Assembly: GCA_963782915.1 (NCBI GenBank)
Contig: CAWALK010000019.1
Location: 96,001 to 160,000, forward strand
Direction of reading: 5' to 3'
Length of the DNA: 64,000 nt
Source of the DNA: an uncultured archaeon
GTDB taxonomy: Archaea > Thermoproteota > Bathyarchaeia > Bathyarchaeales > Bathycorpusculaceae
This document shows positions 1-8,359 of the stretch, piece after piece. Under the pieces are notes generated by a model. That model worked only from the letters and a program-made list of their open reading frames with translations. It was not told where the DNA came from and made no database searches. Position 1 is the stretch's first letter; every line of letters begins with the position of its first letter. The position numbers and the translations under genes were made by a program.

Positions 1-63
1 GCAAACTTGCGCGGAAACAACCCTAAAACAACAAAATTATGCTATTTCTTAATATCCCCTTAC

Positions 64-303
64 TCAAGGGAAGCAAATAAAAAGCAAAACGGCGGTGTGA
101 CGGAAAAGTAAAGGCGAAATGGCGACGCTAGACGCCAAAGTACCAAGCCCCGTGAAAAAAGTGATGCCGCTGATTATGAGCGCATCGAGAACCGCACTAG
201 CCCAATCGAACTTCCCCTGCTTATCTCTAAGACCCCGCATACTGAGATTAATCTCGCAGAAGAACGCCTCATAGTTCAGTTTGAGCATCGCTGCACCAAA
301 CAA
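64..303 (-). CDS. Small membrane protein, possibly holin-like/proviral; 3' end probably frameshifted
   Basis: ORF with basic N-terminus and hydrophobic segment (FDWASAVLDALIISGITFFTGLG); function is a guess. Confidence 0.35.
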   Translation of the reverse strand: MFGAAMLKLNYEAFFCEINLSMRGLRDKQGKFDWASAVLDALIISGITFFTGLGTLASSVAISPLLFRHTAVLLFICFP

Positions 304-512
304 TCCCTTCTTAGTATAGCCAATATAACGATTAACATGTAAGCTATTGGGATTTGCTCAATTGGCTAATGACAGACCATTTCCGCCACCTTTTACCCTC
401 TCTCAAAATTATTCCAGGCAAGTTAAAGAAGAACACATATTCCAAAAATACTCTGCTATCGTATCAAGTTTTATTCTGAAGTCTACCCTCAGTTTTGTAA
501 TGCTAAGTGCTA

Positions 513-887
513 CTAAAGTGGGGTGAAAATACCAAAAGCTGCTCCTTGTGGATCTCTCAGGACCGCTGCTCGTCCAAACCCTGGAACCTCAGTAGGCGGA
601 AGCAGAATCTTACCTCCCAACTCCTCAGCTTTTGTGACAGCTGCATTAACGTCTTCCACCCCAAAATAGGCAATCCAATGTGCATCCGGACCCCCTGATG
701 GCCACCCAGAGCCCTCCGCTCTTGGTCCTACTAAGCCAGCTAATAGTTGGGCCCCATCCATGAGTGTTGGATAAGGTCCAGAAGTCGCTGTCAGCCCTGT
801 GACCTTCTGGTAGAACTCCTTGGCCTTCTCGACATTGGTTGTCATCAACTCGTGAAATACAAATCCCTTTTTTGAAAATTGACTCAA
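513..887 (-). CDS. VOC/glyoxalase-bleomycin resistance family protein
   Basis: FHELMTTNVEKAKEFY...WIAYFGVEDV...GG...GRAAVLRDPQGAAFGI motif pattern. Confidence 0.9.
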   Translation of the reverse strand: MSQFSKKGFVFHELMTTNVEKAKEFYQKVTGLTATSGPYPTLMDGAQLLAGLVGPRAEGSGWPSGGPDAHWIAYFGVEDVNAAVTKAEELGGKILLPPTEVPGFGRAAVLRDPQGAAFGIFTPL

Positions 888-1384
888 AGACCTTCAGCTA
901 TATTCGTTAAAACATTAATTTTCGTAAATTGATAAATATTATGGTTGATGTATTCAATTTAGCGATAGATTTTTTGTAAGAATTTTTCTTTTAGGAGAAA
1001 CTTTTCAATTACTAGTTAAGTGATGAGTATGCCTGACGAGTATGCCCAGAAGCTACCCGACGCCGATTTGACCAAACATGACGAAACGGAACCTTCAAAA
1101 CCTCGCCTTTGCCTAACCCAACGCTTTTCAGTAACGCCGACTCGAACTTGGCGCTTTCCATTTGAATATGCGCTGGTATGCAGAAAAGTAGTTTTCGCCC
1201 GAAACTCTCACTAATCCATCTTGTACGCCAGAAAGAACCTTCACGGGATAAATGCCCTTAAGGTAAAACTCCCGTTGTTGGGAATCAACCGTAGAAGTTA
1301 TGGGGAATCCCTCCCTTCTGGGTTCAGAAATTAAAAAAAAATACGAAATTGAAGTAAGAAAAACAGTATAGATTCGTAAATATT

Positions 1385-1402
1385 ATGCCGCCGCCGAAAG
1401 GA
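1385..1402. repeat. Putative att site: direct repeat of the tRNA-Asn 3' end
   Basis: ATGCCGCCGCCGAAAGGA matches ATGGCGCCGCCGAAAGGA at 20042-20059 (17/18, same orientation). Confidence 0.65.
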
Positions 1403-1559
1403 TGCGACGCTTTATAACGGGAAGAAACCGCCAGTTATTTTTTTATTTTATCCTAAAACGCCTAATTTAGGCATTAGCGAAGCTGCTGTTTGTTATTTAC
1501 GCCCCTTTCTTCAAAAGCTACCGTTAGCTATCCTTGACTGTGGAGTTAGGAGTTGATTT

Positions 1560-2537
1560 TTGGTGCCGTCTGATCGAACCGTTGAACCCGCTTCACGTAA
1601 AGGAGTTCAACAGTTCAAGGGCAAAAATGAACTCTTAGGGTTTTCACAGCGGGGTCTGCGGATTCTTCGGGTTTTAGGTACGCCTGATTGCACTGCAAGC
1701 GATGCCTCCAAGATTGTTGGATGCTCCAAGAGCTTGGTTTCTCATTGGAAAGACCATGCCATAAAAGTTGGCGCCCTACGGTTGCAGACAGACGGGATAG
1801 TGAAGTATTATGAGCTCACACCTTTTGGGGCTAAATTTCTTGCGTGTTCAACCGATTTCACTACGGGTGAGCACTGTAATGCGATGGGTGCGGTTCATGT
1901 CTTGGAGGATCACGCGGTCAAATTTGAGATTCTCAAAGAAGAAGACAAGACGCATCCTATCGATTGGAAAAAGCTTGGTCAACCTCGTAACTGGGTTAAG
2001 CTGGGCTTTAAGCTGGGAGACGTCCGGGTGGTCAAAACTTCGCGGCATATTATTATTCATCCAGGTAAGCTTCGGGATTTTAACGCTGATTGTCTTCTGG
2101 TTATGGCTGGTGAGATTGTTGGTCGAGTCCGCTTGGAGCTTATGACGCGTTTTGGTATGGTTCTTAGCGAGGAGGGCACTCCGCTGCATGATCCTGTCTG
2201 GGAAGTTTTCACTCCAGAGGCCGAGGCGCTAAATGGCGCTGGAACATTTAAAGTCCATATGGCAGATGGCGCCATAGGCGGGTTGGATAATAGTCCACCT
2301 GATCGCAAACGTCATTTCGAGTATAACCGAAAGGAGTTGGCGGTGGCGGCTGTGCGGAGCCCGGAGCTTTTTGTAGAGTTAGCCCAAAAAGTGGATGTGC
2401 TGATTCAGACTGTAAATGGGTTGGTTACAGTTAACGAGAAACTGGTTGGTTTACTTACCGAATCTTTGGGTTTACCGGGGAAAGACGGCAACAAAGCCGT
2501 CAAGATTGGAAGCGGAGGGAACAGCTATGTCAGCTAA
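1560..2537 (+). CDS. Mobile-element protein with N-terminal winged HTH (possible replication/regulatory protein)
   Basis: TASDASKIVGCSKSLVSHW...YELTPFG wHTH; remainder of unknown function. Confidence 0.7.
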   Translation: MVPSDRTVEPASRKGVQQFKGKNELLGFSQRGLRILRVLGTPDCTASDASKIVGCSKSLVSHWKDHAIKVGALRLQTDGIVKYYELTPFGAKFLACSTDFTTGEHCNAMGAVHVLEDHAVKFEILKEEDKTHPIDWKKLGQPRNWVKLGFKLGDVRVVKTSRHIIIHPGKLRDFNADCLLVMAGEIVGRVRLELMTRFGMVLSEEGTPLHDPVWEVFTPEAEALNGAGTFKVHMADGAIGGLDNSPPDRKRHFEYNRKELAVAAVRSPELFVELAQKVDVLIQTVNGLVTVNEKLVGLLTESLGLPGKDGNKAVKIGSGGNSYVS

Positions 2538-2721
2538 ATCTAGTCTTGACAATGCGCTGATGGAAGTAAAAAGCTGTTCAAAAGCCGTTTTGGCAGCATG
2601 CTCGTGGGCATGGGAAAAGTCCATGCTTTTCAGGAGTCGCTTTTCTACGGTTGCTTGGTGTAGATGCCAGAGCGTTAAGAGTTGCCTGTGCTGAATGGAG
2701 CGAAAACCTTGGAGTGTGCAC

Positions 2722-3231
2722 TTTGACATGGAAGCAAGTGATGAACCTGTTCAAAACACGGCAATTTCAGCCCAAAAAGCGGCAAAAAAGAAGCGCAGCC
2801 AAGCCGACAAGGTTGGAAAACTCAAGTACCTACTCGCCAAGGACAAGAAACTCGACCGCGACGTAGCCGAAATAAAACTGATACTACGGGTTATCTTTGC
2901 TGGCCTGAAGGATTCCTTGCATTTTGAGAAGTCACTTATCGAAGAGGCAGCCTGCCAAGACGAGATTGACAAAGCCATTCTTCAGTTGCTGTTTGAAGCA
3001 GGCGCTCCAGGGCTGCTGCCCAAAGACATAGCCGCCAAATTGGCTGAATTCAAGATTGCCCGGCATCAGGTCACTCGACGGATTGTACGCATGAATAAGC
3101 GGCTAGCTAAGGAATTGGATTCGGCGGTTGTTGAGCGGCGGGGTTGGTGCTGGGCGATGACAAGTTTTGGCGTAGACGCTTACAAAGCATCAGAGAAGGA
3201 CTTACTAGCCGAAGGAGTGAACTCTACATAG
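2722..3231 (+). CDS. Winged-helix DNA-binding protein (start uncertain, 2695-2728)
   Basis: DEIDKAILQLL...LLPKDIAAKL...RHQVTRRIVRMNKRL...RGWCWAMT. Confidence 0.7.
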   Translation, partial: FDMEASDEPVQNTAISAQKAAKKKRSQADKVGKLKYLLAKDKKLDRDVAEIKLILRVIFAGLKDSLHFEKSLIEEAACQDEIDKAILQLLFEAGAPGLLPKDIAAKLAEFKIARHQVTRRIVRMNKRLAKELDSAVVERRGWCWAMTSFGVDAYKASEKDLLAEGVNST

Positions 3232-3256
3232 TGCTACTGAAGAGGAGACATAGCTT

Positions 3257-3442
3257 ATGGCGTTGACTGAGCGCGAGCGGAAGATTCTGCAGTTGAACGC
3301 CGAGGGGTTAAGTGATTATCAAATTGCAAAGAAGTTAAAGATAGAAACGCCTAACGTTTATCGTGCACGGAAGACCGCACTCAGAAAGCTCGATCGAGCA
3401 AGAGCAGATTTGTCGTTTGCTGATAGCCTTAAAAGAAAATAA
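3257..3442 (+). CDS. Small LuxR/GerE-type HTH protein
   Basis: LTERERKILQL..EGLSDYQIAKKL; GAGGAG SD-like motif upstream. Confidence 0.8.
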   Translation: MALTERERKILQLNAEGLSDYQIAKKLKIETPNVYRARKTALRKLDRARADLSFADSLKRK

Positions 3443-3595
3443 GTTAGAAAGCAGCGTAATGGCTAAGACCAAACAATTTAGTACAAAAATTCTTTTCCAA
3501 CTTCATTTCTTAGCGAATTCTAATCCGTACAGCCTTTTGTATAGATAGCCAACAACTTGAATCTGGCAGACCCGCTTTTTTCCAAGTTTTCTTTG

Positions 3596-4588
3596 TCAGG
3601 TACTGTTACTATGCTCCAAAGTTATTACAATTTTTCCTCGTGGATGTCCTTCTTCAAAATACTGGAAAGCTTCAGCAGCCTCATTTAGCGGGTAACGTCT
3701 ATCTATGACAGGAACTAATTTGCCGGATTCTATAAGATCTTTTATAAAATCCAAATCTTCTTTATTATTCGGTTTCCAAGCCATAAGACTCATTTTCTTA
3801 CTACCAACCAAGGAAATTAATGGACCTAGAAACAAAGTTTGGAAAATTGTAAATCTGGAACCCCCAACTAAAGAATAAATTCCATTGGAACTTAATGCAC
3901 GCCTATAATCGAAAATCATATGATATCCTGCAATATCAAGAATCAGGTCATAATGTTGCCCATTTTTTGTGAAATCTTCCTGAGTGTAATCGATAACATG
4001 GTCTGCACCAATCGAACGAAGCATGTCAAATTTTTTTGAATTGTCCACACCAGTTACTTCAGCTCCAAAGTACTTCGCAATTTGGACCGCAAATGGACCT
4101 ACGCCACCACCAGCACCATTAATCAAAACCTTTTGTCCTGACTGAATCCGTCTTTTATTGCGAAGACCTTGGAGGGCAATGATTGCTCTTGAGGGTATTG
4201 TTGCTGCTTCCTCGAATGACAAACTAACCGGTTTCAACGCTAAAGCTTTTTCAGGGGCGCATACAAACTCAGCAAAAGCACCAAAACCATAATTGAATAA
4301 GTCCCCAAATACCTCATCACCCGGATGGAATTGCTTTACGTTTGTACCAACCGCTTCAACCCGACCCGCTATGTCAAATCCGAGTACCTTGTATTTTGGT
4401 TTTAGAGGACCCAAGAAACGAGCAGACCATGCCCTTCCTCTCAGAAAATCCAGGTCTTCTACATTTAGGGATGCCGCATATACTTTTATTAGTACTTCGT
4501 TGTCTTTTGGAGTTGGTTTTTCTATGTCTTTAAGTTGAAGAACATCTGGCGGCCCGTATTTTGTGCACACAACCGCTTTCATTTTCAT
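3596..4588 (-). CDS. NAD(P)-dependent medium-chain dehydrogenase/reductase (quinone oxidoreductase/RTN4IP1-like)
   Basis: MKAVVCTKYGPPDVL, GAGGGVG Rossmann motif, GKIVI C-terminus. Confidence 0.92.
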   Translation of the reverse strand: MKMKAVVCTKYGPPDVLQLKDIEKPTPKDNEVLIKVYAASLNVEDLDFLRGRAWSARFLGPLKPKYKVLGFDIAGRVEAVGTNVKQFHPGDEVFGDLFNYGFGAFAEFVCAPEKALALKPVSLSFEEAATIPSRAIIALQGLRNKRRIQSGQKVLINGAGGGVGPFAVQIAKYFGAEVTGVDNSKKFDMLRSIGADHVIDYTQEDFTKNGQHYDLILDIAGYHMIFDYRRALSSNGIYSLVGGSRFTIFQTLFLGPLISLVGSKKMSLMAWKPNNKEDLDFIKDLIESGKLVPVIDRRYPLNEAAEAFQYFEEGHPRGKIVITLEHSNST

Positions 4589-4831
4589 GCATTCAATTTA
4601 CTCTTAAGGTGTATAAAAATTCTCTTTGGCATATGAGATTGAAGTATACATCTAACATAGTGTGTCAAACGTAACACCATTAAGTCTATTGTCGCACCCG
4701 CATTCTTAATCCAAAAATTGAAAATGTCAGTTAATTTAGCGCAAAATGTTACATTATCCTGTTTTTGATATTATCGTGTTTAGGCTCTCAAGCCATTAAT
4801 CTTTAGTCACGGCTTATTTTTGCGATTAGTT

Positions 4832-4996
4832 ATGTCTCAGGATGGCTCTGGCGGTAAGGATTGTAAGCATGTTCGTGAGCGTATAGCTTCGCTTTCATCG
4901 ATTAAGGTTCTTAAGGCTGCCTCATGTATGCCGTTGAGTATCTCTGGTGTATTTGGCTGTATAGTTAGGGCTTTTCTGGTGGGGAAAAAACAATGA
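4832..4996 (+). CDS. 54-aa hypothetical ORF coupled (ATGA) to the next gene
   Basis: Manual translation MSQDGSGGKD...FLVGKKQ*; stop overlaps the start of 4993. Confidence 0.35.
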   Translation: MSQDGSGGKDCKHVRERIASLSSIKVLKAASCMPLSISGVFGCIVRAFLVGKKQ

Positions 4997-5451
4997 ATGG
5001 AAAAGTTTGGACACCTGAGCAAGAAAAACAACTAAAGAAGTTAATTGAGGAACATGCATCTTTGCCGGCTATTGCTAAGACTTTAGGTAAATCTTTGGAG
5101 GCTGTACGTTCAAAGGCTAAGCGTCTTGGCTTAGTTGATGATGACCAGAAGAAAAAAAATCAGCGGTCATCATCATCTATTACTGCTGAGCTTGTTTTGC
5201 CCCAGGAGCTGTTTAGTGTTGAGGAGGTTCTAAAGGAGCTTCATGCTGCTGTATTAGGCTTGAAGGCGCCTGGGCTAGAGAAAACCGAAGTCATCCGACT
5301 ACGAGGGATCATAGCAGGTTGTAAGGTGTACAAGGAGATGCTTACTGACTACATGGACTATCGTGGTCTTGAGGCTGAGTTGATGGAGTGGCGGGAAAAA
5401 TATGATGCCCTATCAAAGACTATGGGAGATTCTACTAAACCAGCTCCTTAA
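4993..5451 (+). CDS. Mobile-element HTH (Myb/GcrA-like N-terminus) protein
   Basis: WTPEQEKQLKKL...IAKTLGKSLEAVRSKAKRLGL followed by a helical region. Confidence 0.75.
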   Translation: MNGKVWTPEQEKQLKKLIEEHASLPAIAKTLGKSLEAVRSKAKRLGLVDDDQKKKNQRSSSSITAELVLPQELFSVEEVLKELHAAVLGLKAPGLEKTEVIRLRGIIAGCKVYKEMLTDYMDYRGLEAELMEWREKYDALSKTMGDSTKPAP

Positions 5452-5492
5452 TGAACGGTATGCTTTGCGTGCTGATTAAGAGTTGGCGGTTA

Positions 5493-6317
5493 TTATTTTA
5501 GTAAGAATTTGTGTGGTTTACTTGATTTATCAATTGTAATTAGCCCTTTGTCTGCTAATCTGTTGAACTCTGCTCGGATGAAGCTTTGTGGCTCCTTGAT
5601 TTCTTGAGCTATGCTTCGGACGGTGTGGTTTCCCTTTTGGATTTGCTTTATTAGCGTTGTTTCAATAATCTTTTGTTCTGCCGTTTTCCTTAGGGGTTTT
5701 TCGATTGGAGATTCAATGCTGTGACGTGCTTTGAGATCCAATAGGTTTTGGTAGAGTGCATCTTCCCAACAAACAGCCGAAACTTTAGACTGGCTCTTGC
5801 ATTCTTGACTTATGATTTCCCAATTAAGACCTGATTGGGCAAGTATTCGCATGTCATCTAAATCAGCTTCTCGCTCAGTGATTCCTTTGAAGAGAAAGAG
5901 GTCTTCTTTTGAAGCTATGCTGACTTTTAGGTGGTTGCCTTGGTAGAGTGAGGTTGCTCTTGTCTGCATTTCGCAAGATAATGTTAGGGCGTTGCAGACT
6001 CTGCGCAAGAATAGATCCCATCTGAAGCCGTCCGGATTTTCTATCATGGCATTGGTTTGCATTTTATTGTATGGTCTAGTGATGAGAACGGGGTTTGGCT
6101 CTTTGTAACCTATTACTTTGAGGGTTGTTTGCAGGTTGTTTAGGTCGCCTTGGCTGGTAAGGATTATGTCTATGTCTTTTGTAGCGGCTTTTAGACCGTA
6201 GAATGCCATGGCGCCTCCGCCTATAAGGTAAAGTGTCATGGACTCTTTTGCTATAGCATCTAATTTGTCGAATTCTTGTTTGAGATAGTCTTTGTCAAAT
6301 GAGCGCCTTTGTGTCAT
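5493..6317 (-). CDS. Pol-beta-superfamily nucleotidyltransferase (DUF6036/AbiEii-like) with C-terminal wHTH
   Basis: LIGGGAM...ATKDIDII motif; K...READLDD. Confidence 0.8.
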   Translation of the reverse strand: MTQRRSFDKDYLKQEFDKLDAIAKESMTLYLIGGGAMAFYGLKAATKDIDIILTSQGDLNNLQTTLKVIGYKEPNPVLITRPYNKMQTNAMIENPDGFRWDLFLRRVCNALTLSCEMQTRATSLYQGNHLKVSIASKEDLFLFKGITEREADLDDMRILAQSGLNWEIISQECKSQSKVSAVCWEDALYQNLLDLKARHSIESPIEKPLRKTAEQKIIETTLIKQIQKGNHTVRSIAQEIKEPQSFIRAEFNRLADKGLITIDKSSKPHKFLLK

Positions 6318-7252
6318 TCAGTCATTACCCCATATTCTTTTGCTTTGATAACGAACTCTTCCCAAGCAGGTAGAGCGTGATCTGGGAGGCGTTTATGACT
6401 TTCTAAGAATTGCAGCATCGCGAATAAATCATCGTTGAGCCCTAGCCGTTGAGCCTCTTGCTGCAGATAGAGTCTATCAATACATCCTTCAGTTTTCTTA
6501 AGCAGTAGGAGCGCATAAGTAACATAGCGAACGTTTTTTGGCTCTATGAGTAGCGTATGCAAAACGACGTCTTCTAGTCGTATAGACTGTTTGTTGACCG
6601 AATAGAAGTACACATCAAAGTCGGTAAAAAGGGGCAAGCCATATTCTCCAAACATGGAGATCGATGTCTTGTGGAAATTTTGAGGGATTTCCTTTACTTC
6701 TTTTGGGCCTCTTACTAAAAATTCCATGTCCTGTTGCCAGAGAATTACAGAGTTATCAGAGATTGTGCTTGCAGCTTTCTTGGCAAAGAAGCCTTGGTAC
6801 TCTTCTAAAAATTCTGAGAGACCCTTGAACTGAGAATTAATTGTGCCTTCTTGTGTAATTATTCCTCTTGATTTTAGGTTTCTGCTGTATCGCCAAAGGG
6901 TGTTTCGGGGAATGCTCGTAAACTTGCCATGACCTGTTAGGAACTGAAACAGGATCTCTATCCCCTTACCGCTCAGCAGGTTATCCCAATCAACATACTC
7001 GTAGATCGATAATAAACTCTTCAGAAGTATGGCATGTTTCGCGTTGCTAAATGATATTTGTTTTTTTGCACCCTTATGAGTGAGCTTTATCAGACCTTTG
7101 CTTTGCAATTTTTTGAGGTTGTATGTTAGGAGTGAGGGCTTAACCGAGAGCTTCTCTTGAATTGATGATAGCTCATAGTTTCCTCTGGTCATTTCTTTCA
7201 GTATCTGTAGTTCCGCTTTGCTGAATGCGTACTCGCCGGCGGATGTTTTCAT
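6314..7252 (-). CDS. Winged-HTH protein coupled to the nucleotidyltransferase (putative antitoxin/regulator)
   Basis: N-terminal ArsR/MarR-like wHTH; ATGA overlap with the downstream gene. Confidence 0.75.
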   Translation of the reverse strand: MKTSAGEYAFSKAELQILKEMTRGNYELSSIQEKLSVKPSLLTYNLKKLQSKGLIKLTHKGAKKQISFSNAKHAILLKSLLSIYEYVDWDNLLSGKGIEILFQFLTGHGKFTSIPRNTLWRYSRNLKSRGIITQEGTINSQFKGLSEFLEEYQGFFAKKAASTISDNSVILWQQDMEFLVRGPKEVKEIPQNFHKTSISMFGEYGLPLFTDFDVYFYSVNKQSIRLEDVVLHTLLIEPKNVRYVTYALLLLKKTEGCIDRLYLQQEAQRLGLNDDLFAMLQFLESHKRLPDHALPAWEEFVIKAKEYGVMTE

Positions 7253-8059
7253 AGCTGTTCCATTATATTGAAATTATATTTAAGTTTTTCAGTTTAATGG
7301 AACATAAAAAGTGATTGATCAATTAATCACCAAATTTTCAAGGTAGGATAGAGACGGCTTGAAAGTAGCCACTGGTTTTCCCTCAAAGGTTCTGGTTAGT
7401 TTGACTCGAATATGGCTGTGTCGTTTGGTGTATCTTGGTATGTACAGTCTGCTTTTTCTATGGGTTCGGCGCGTGTGGTTACTTTGTAAACTTGGTCTTC
7501 TGGGCTGTTTGGGTATCTTTGTCTTTGGTTGATCCGCTGTCCTGATAGGGTACTGCTCCATCCTGGTAAGTTAAATGCTATGATTACTTGCTTACTAAAG
7601 GTCGGGTAAATAACTTCGCTAACATGGGAAAGGCAATTATTGCCATTAGCTAAGAGGTTGAGGCGTCGCATGCTTTTGAAATGCAGGCGTTGCCTCTTAC
7701 CGCAAGGCTAATTCTCAAAGTTAAGAATACTTAGACGTAGTCGACGGTAACGCCCATAGAACTACTGCTTCTATTTGAAAGAGAGATAGTCATCTTAGAT
7801 GATAATAACCAGAAGAAAATTCGTTGTTCATTATCATCTACTACTGCTGGCTCCCACCCAAAATTTTACGGCGTTCTTGCGGAACTCCTCAGCGCGGACT
7901 ACTCAGCAACAGACCCGAAATCTCGGTCAACCCATGGGAAAAACAGCAAGCCCGCAGCCCCGGGGAGAGGTCTAAGCTTACCGCTTTCCCCAGAGCTGCC
8001 TACACAAAATAGCCCTATCATCGAGTCAGTTTATAAGAATTAACATATAGCCTATGTTC

Positions 8060-8283
8060 GAATCCCACATGAGGCGGGCTCTACAGGTCTGTTGCCCAAA
8101 GACATACAGATTGAACTTGAGCGCTTTCAAGTCACTCGCCACCAGATAAGCAGAAGAATCTTGAGAATGAACAAACGCCTGGAAAAAGAAATCGGAGAAC
8201 ACATAGCTGAGAAAAGAGGCTGGCATTGGGCACTGACCAGTTTTGCGCTTGATGCCTGGGGCAAGGCTGAAAACGAGAATTAG
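8060..8283 (+). pseudogene. 5'-truncated paralogue of the wHTH gene at 2722-3231
   Basis: EAGSTGLLPKDI...RHQISRRILRMNKRL...RGWHWALTSF aligns with EAGAPGLLPKDI...RHQVTRRIVRMNKRL...RGWCWAMTSF. Confidence 0.75.
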
Positions 8284-8359
8284 AAACCTTATATTTAGGT
8301 ACAAACCCGAATTCTTTATTTTAATTAAGAAAAAGGCTTTTAGTATTAATGGTATAAGG

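Noticed and set aside
887-895. AAGACCTTC upstream of the VOC gene (and similar 9-mers at ~4163, ~62566) as extra cassette sites
   Set aside because: No accompanying arm or internal blocks; expected by chance
7865-7895. CUGAGGA plus hairpin as a hammerhead ribozyme
   Set aside because: Required GAAA after stem II is absent (GCCG)
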